From positions 1 to 64,000 of IMG/VR virus record IMGVR_UViG_2639762957_000001: a stretch of 64,000 nucleotides of DNA; one strand, written 5' to 3'. Shown piece after piece: positions 59,780 through 64,000 of the stretch. The translations under genes and the position numbers were made by a program. This DNA comes from a virus (Duplodnaviria > Caudoviricetes). Every line of letters begins with the position of its first letter. The stretch's first letter is position 1. Below the pieces are notes generated by a model, which was given only the letters and a program-made list of their open reading frames with translations, was not told where the DNA came from and did not search any database.

Positions 59780-60523
59780 CTAGTAATACTTTTCGAGATC
59801 GACCGGACGGATAGCCGGTTTACTGTCGTATTTGGCAATCGCTTTATCCAGGTTGACCGGCGTAATCCCGTAGTGGTAAGCCGGCGTAAAGATACCGTTT
59901 TGCTGCTTAAACTGGTTCGTATACGTGTAATGGCCCGTGCCGTGGTAATAGTTCTGCGGCGTAATATCATAGGCTCCGTTGTACGTGTCCGTTTTGGACT
60001 TGCTGCCGGCGCCGTATTCCCGGTGAATACCGTACATGGACGCCGCCGTCCCCAGGATAGTCCCCCAAAGGGCACTCTTTTTCTGTGCCTGTAAATTGGC
60101 AGCGCTGGTTCGATAGGCGTTCGCCTGGTTCTGATAGTTGACTTCGTTCAGATGTTCGGACCATACGTCGTTACGCTGGTTCTGCAAGAGCTGCGCACTA
60201 TCGGCGTTCCAGGCTCCATAGCTGGCCGAGAGGGCATCGAGCGGCGAGCCGCTGAGCTGCAAGCCGCTTGCCCCGGCCTGGGCGGCCGTCTGCCCGGCAG
60301 CGAGTTTCATTCTGTCGTTCAATTTTGACTGCTGCGCTGCATACTGCTCTGCAATCTGTTCCTGTTTTACCTGACTGATCCGGGCGTTCTGTTCGGCCGC
60401 TTTCGCCTGTGCATTATACATGGCCGTCTGTGCATTATACTGCTGCTTTTGCGTGTTATACTGGTTGATTCCCTGAATGGCTGTCAATGCCATCATCCAC
60501 GGCGTGCCGCACATGTTCCCCAC
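59780..60523 (-). CDS. Internal virion protein (T7 gp14-like)
   Basis: MC N-terminus, Q/A-rich, GASGLQLSGSPLD. Confidence 0.7.
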   Translation of the reverse strand: MGNMCGTPWMMALTAIQGINQYNTQKQQYNAQTAMYNAQAKAAEQNARISQVKQEQIAEQYAAQQSKLNDRMKLAAGQTAAQAGASGLQLSGSPLDALSASYGAWNADSAQLLQNQRNDVWSEHLNEVNYQNQANAYRTSAANLQAQKKSALWGTILGTAASMYGIHREYGAGSKSKTDTYNGAYDITPQNYYHGTGHYTYTNQFKQQNGIFTPAYHYGITPVNLDKAIAKYDSKPAIRPVDLEKYY

Positions 60524-60989
60524 TCCCTTCTATGAAAAATAACTGCCAGGACATATCTTTATAGAGAAAGGGCTTCGAGAATTCCGCGCCGAAGGCAGCC
60601 AGCCAGCGACGGGATTTGTCGTTGCTCTGTGTTATCATGTTCCACATTTTCGGATAGCGCCGCTTCCAGCGCGGCAGGATCTGCCGCCCCAGGGCGACGA
60701 AGACTTTACGGTAATGCTGATATAAGTCAAAGCGTGCCACACACCACACAACATGGCCATAGCCGCAAATTACACTGCGGCTGACCCCGAAGAGCAGCAG
60801 CGGCCGGCCGTCGACGTAGGCGATATAGTTGTCGTAATCCACATCGACGGCGAATGTTTCCAGGTCCGTTTCCGTTGCTTTTAGTTCCATATCGTCCCGG
60901 TCCCGCAGGCGTGCTGCCAGCCAGCGGACGTCGGGCAGCAGTTCTTTCGTTATCGGTTTAACCGTTGTATGACTTAACCATTCCCCCAT
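60456..60989 (-). CDS. gp13-like GNAT-fold virion assembly protein
   Basis: LRDRD..EL..LFGV..WN..N..SRRWLAAFGAEF. Confidence 0.7.
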   Translation of the reverse strand: MGEWLSHTTVKPITKELLPDVRWLAARLRDRDDMELKATETDLETFAVDVDYDNYIAYVDGRPLLLFGVSRSVICGYGHVVWCVARFDLYQHYRKVFVALGRQILPRWKRRYPKMWNMITQSNDKSRRWLAAFGAEFSKPFLYKDMSWQLFFIEGSGEHVRHAVDDGIDSHSGNQPV

Positions 60990-63222
60990 CCATGGAGACC
61001 TCCTTGATTATGGCATTGAGTTTAAAGGGGTACGGCTCATCACTCATGATACAAAGGTGGTTGCGCGTATTGGCCCCGATATCAAATAGCGGGACGCTCT
61101 GGGTAAGGTCCCCGCTGAAAAGCGTATAAGCGTTTTCATATTTCAGTTCGTCCATTTTGTCGAAGTTCAGGCCGATTTTCCCGCCGTACGTATCTTCGAC
61201 GCGCAGCGTGACGGCATTAATTTTATGGACGCGGCCCTGGAGCGTGCCTTCGCTCAGGTTGACTTCCATGCCGGGCTGCTCAATCTTCGTCGTATACGGC
61301 AGGCCGGCGATAATGCGGGTATACGTTTCATCGAGATGGACGACGCCGTCGGCCGGTACGGTTTTGTCATCCTGCCGGATACCGTCGCCGACGACGGTTA
61401 CGGTTTTGCCGGCAAGGTGCGGCAGGGAAATCGTATTGCCGCTGCCCGTGACGTAGCTGTCGGCGTACTCGTCCGTCGTGTCGCTCATGACGCGGAAATG
61501 CTCAATATAGCGTTTTTGCTGCCCGTTGACGGTCCGTTCGACAATGGCATAGAGTTCGTCGTTCTCATCGCGCGGAATCGTGCAGATCCACTTGTATTTC
61601 CCGTCGGTCACAAAGTGGGACCAGGCGAATACTTTCTGTTCGCGGATCATCGTAAAGGCCAGCAGGACGCCGTCGTCGCGGACGAAAAATAGGGTCGAGT
61701 CCGGTTCCTGGCAATACGCCGAGGAAATGAGCTTATGGTTCTTTACCAAGTGAGTGGCCAGGATATCCAGTTCGTCGCCATTGTAGTTGTCCGACTCATA
61801 CTGATAGCCCAGGTCCCGGACGGTCGAGCCGGAGCGCTGGACGTGGACGATACGGTTGCCGATATGCTGCGGCAGGCACGTCGACGAGCCGCGCATGGTC
61901 TGGCTCTTCGGGTAGGCTTTCGACGGCGTCAAGACGGAGTCGCCGCTGATGACCCATTCGTTGCCGGATGTAAGAACGACGAGGTCCTGCGACGGGACGA
62001 GGTGCCGGATCTGGTAGGAGTTGCGGACGATGAGGTCCATTTTAATGGCGCTGTCGTCGGTAACGCTGCCGTCGGCCTTCTCGACGGAGAAGTTCGGATA
62101 GTCCCCTGTCTTGCTCATCCAGAGGGAATAGGGGTTCTTCCAGTTCGCCGCAAAGACGAGGCGGTCCTGGAAAAAGCAGGACTGCTGCGGATAGCCGTAA
62201 TAGTTGTTCCACGAGGACAGGGCGTAATCTTTCGTCGCGTCCGTGCTGCCGAACACATCCTTGACGGCGGCCGTAATACTGGTGCCGGAGTTGACAGCCG
62301 TAATCTTTGCCGTGCCGGTGTGGGTATATGGCAGGCGGGTCAAATCAACCGTTAGTTTCGATTCGCTGGCAGCATCATCATTCCACACACTGACAACGAG
62401 GCGCATATAGCAGCCTTCCGTTTCGCTGCCCGATTCGGTATAGTTCTGGTCGTCATTGGACGTATACTTGCGGTATTCCTGCCAGGTCGAGCTGTCTTTT
62501 TCCCGGCGCTGCAAGTGGATTTCGTAATGATGGGTCCCATGAGTAACGATTTTCCACTTTTCGCCGACGTACAATTCGCCCGACGTCCAAGACGTCGTCT
62601 CTTCGCCCCAGGAGCCGGACAGGGTCGCGCTGCCGATTTTCTGGTTGAGTTGGATATAGCCGCCTTCCATGCCGCTGTGAAAGATAGCGGCGTTCGACGT
62701 AATCGTCACGCTGCCCGACGTGCCCGACGGCGTGACCTTATTGTCTTCGACGGCATCCAGCATGGCGTCATAGTAGGGCTGCGTGATCTCCATGTCGATG
62801 AGGTCCCAGCCGTCCGTCTTATGACGCAGGAGCTTTACGGGATACGTGCCGGAGCAAATGTACATGACGTCGCCGGACTGGCTGAATTGCAGCGACGTTG
62901 GCGACGTGAAGGGCGTACTGATTTCCGTCCCCGTGTAGGCGCCGTCCTTCCAAATGCGGATGTACTGGACGCCCACTTCGAGCAGGTAGGCGTCGGTCTC
63001 GGAGTTGTAAAAACTGACCAGAATCGTGTCTTTATCGCTGTATTTCAGTTCGCCTATATACTTGGACCCCTGCCGTCGATAACAGCCGCCATAGGGGCGA
63101 ATAACGGTATTCTCTGCGTTCAGGAGAGCCGACTTATATTGTTCCAGGTCGACGCGGCTGCCGACGGCCGGCGAGATTTCCCCCGTCGTGAATGCCGGCT
63201 GAATGACATAGATATTAGCCAT
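60958..63222 (-). CDS. Tail tubular protein B (nozzle)
   Basis: QPAFTTGEISP..RVDL; GYP...FFQDRLVFA; EQKVFAWSH. Confidence 0.85.
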   Translation of the reverse strand: MANIYVIQPAFTTGEISPAVGSRVDLEQYKSALLNAENTVIRPYGGCYRRQGSKYIGELKYSDKDTILVSFYNSETDAYLLEVGVQYIRIWKDGAYTGTEISTPFTSPTSLQFSQSGDVMYICSGTYPVKLLRHKTDGWDLIDMEITQPYYDAMLDAVEDNKVTPSGTSGSVTITSNAAIFHSGMEGGYIQLNQKIGSATLSGSWGEETTSWTSGELYVGEKWKIVTHGTHHYEIHLQRREKDSSTWQEYRKYTSNDDQNYTESGSETEGCYMRLVVSVWNDDAASESKLTVDLTRLPYTHTGTAKITAVNSGTSITAAVKDVFGSTDATKDYALSSWNNYYGYPQQSCFFQDRLVFAANWKNPYSLWMSKTGDYPNFSVEKADGSVTDDSAIKMDLIVRNSYQIRHLVPSQDLVVLTSGNEWVISGDSVLTPSKAYPKSQTMRGSSTCLPQHIGNRIVHVQRSGSTVRDLGYQYESDNYNGDELDILATHLVKNHKLISSAYCQEPDSTLFFVRDDGVLLAFTMIREQKVFAWSHFVTDGKYKWICTIPRDENDELYAIVERTVNGQQKRYIEHFRVMSDTTDEYADSYVTGSGNTISLPHLAGKTVTVVGDGIRQDDKTVPADGVVHLDETYTRIIAGLPYTTKIEQPGMEVNLSEGTLQGRVHKINAVTLRVEDTYGGKIGLNFDKMDELKYENAYTLFSGDLTQSVPLFDIGANTRNHLCIMSDEPYPFKLNAIIKEVSMDGGMVKSYNG

Positions 63223-63817
63223 GCCGCCACCCCCTGCGCGCTGCAATGTAGCTTGATTCAAACATCGTGTGCGGTTCCATTTCCCGTGCGTCCTGGAGTT
63301 GGGCCTGACTGATAGCGGCCCGGTAGAGCTGGTATTCGTTCTGCGCCTGCTGCGGGTTGCCCGTTAAGCGCATCGCCAGTTTCGACGCCAGCAGATGGGC
63401 AAAGCCCTGTAAAAAGATGACGTCCATCAGTTCCGGGTCCGATACGTCCCAGGTATAGTCGGCGTAGCATTGTTCGCCGTTCGTGACGACGACTTTCGTA
63501 CTGCTGCCGATATTGACGACGTCGAAGCGTTCGTAGACGCGGTCCGCGCCGCTGGCGTCGGATACGACGTTGCGGATCATCAAACATTTATCCGGGTAGC
63601 CGTAGGCGAAGTCCCAGCCCGGCACGTCGACGTCTACTACGGCCAGGCGCTCAACCCGGTGTGCAAACCCCCAGGGAAAAGACCGTAAGCATTCACGGCG
63701 CGTCGGTTCATAGAATAGTTTGCAGGCTCTTGCATTCTCGACCCCTTCTTCCATGTTCTCAATGACGCCCTTGCCAATGTTGGACAAGGCCATGTTACAA
63801 ATGTCTGTATCGGTCAT
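63215..63817 (-). CDS. Tail tubular protein A (adaptor)
   Basis: DICNMALSNIG...ARAC..FY...WGFA...YPDKCL. Confidence 0.85.
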   Translation of the reverse strand: MTDTDICNMALSNIGKGVIENMEEGVENARACKLFYEPTRRECLRSFPWGFAHRVERLAVVDVDVPGWDFAYGYPDKCLMIRNVVSDASGADRVYERFDVVNIGSSTKVVVTNGEQCYADYTWDVSDPELMDVIFLQGFAHLLASKLAMRLTGNPQQAQNEYQLYRAAISQAQLQDAREMEPHTMFESSYIAARRGWRHG

Positions 63818-63864
63818 GTTGGCTCCTTTCTATCATAGAAATGAGGGGCCGCGGCCCCTCTCTT

Positions 63865-63999
63865 CTACAATCTGTTTTTCCGTACCAGGGCGATTAGCTC
63901 TTGCTTTGTCGCGTCGTCCGGATACGCAATGCCGGCGTTTTCCAGTTTGAGTCGCAGCTCATTCGCGTGCAGGTCTTCGAGTCTCCGCTTCGGGCCGGC
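63865..63999 (-). CDS. Partial HeH/LEM-like phage protein (5' end outside window)
   Basis: LEDLHANELRLKLENAGIAYPDDATKQELIALV*. Confidence 0.6.
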   Translation of the reverse strand, partial: AGPKRRLEDLHANELRLKLENAGIAYPDDATKQELIALVRKNRL

Positions 64000-64000
64000 A

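Larger units (their letters stand above)
44920..64000 (-). mobile_element. Prophage (podovirus-like tail/ejection module and lysis cassette), continues beyond window
   Basis: Co-directional tail tubular A/B, internal virion proteins, fibre, holins, GH25 lysin. Confidence 0.9.

Overview
The window holds two adjacent mobile elements; the host is probably a Negativicute (inferred from aci1 and spanin-like lysis genes). (1) 1-~44,730 is the right part of an integrative, probably conjugative element (ICE). It carries topB, radC, ssb, a YoeB/YefM toxin-antitoxin pair, Rpn, PcfJ-like, a lytic transglycosylase, PrimPol, ArdC, a phage-like repressor/cro/xis/replication module and a tyrosine integrase. 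No relaxase or T4SS genes lie in the window. Its minus-strand gene units are each preceded by a member of a 7-copy hairpin family built like single-stranded-DNA (Frpo-type) promoters, and phased 10-bp CYTAWTARG arrays are scattered among them. A BcgI-like restriction-modification locus is destroyed by a ~12-kb mosaic resistance insertion. That insertion holds an orphan MOBV-type oriT, a mef-family pump, an IS3 remnant, two broken aci1 copies, a Cfr/RlmN-like radical SAM gene and an RlmA-type methyltransferase behind an MTAHMRLR leader peptide. (2) ~44,920-64,000 is the lysis/tail/ejection-protein end of a podovirus-like prophage. It has overlapped spanin-like genes, a Tad2-fusion anti-defence candidate inside the lysis cassette, an inverted tail-fibre C-terminal relic and a 2,576-aa polyvalent virion protein. 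All family calls come from motif recognition, with no database searches.
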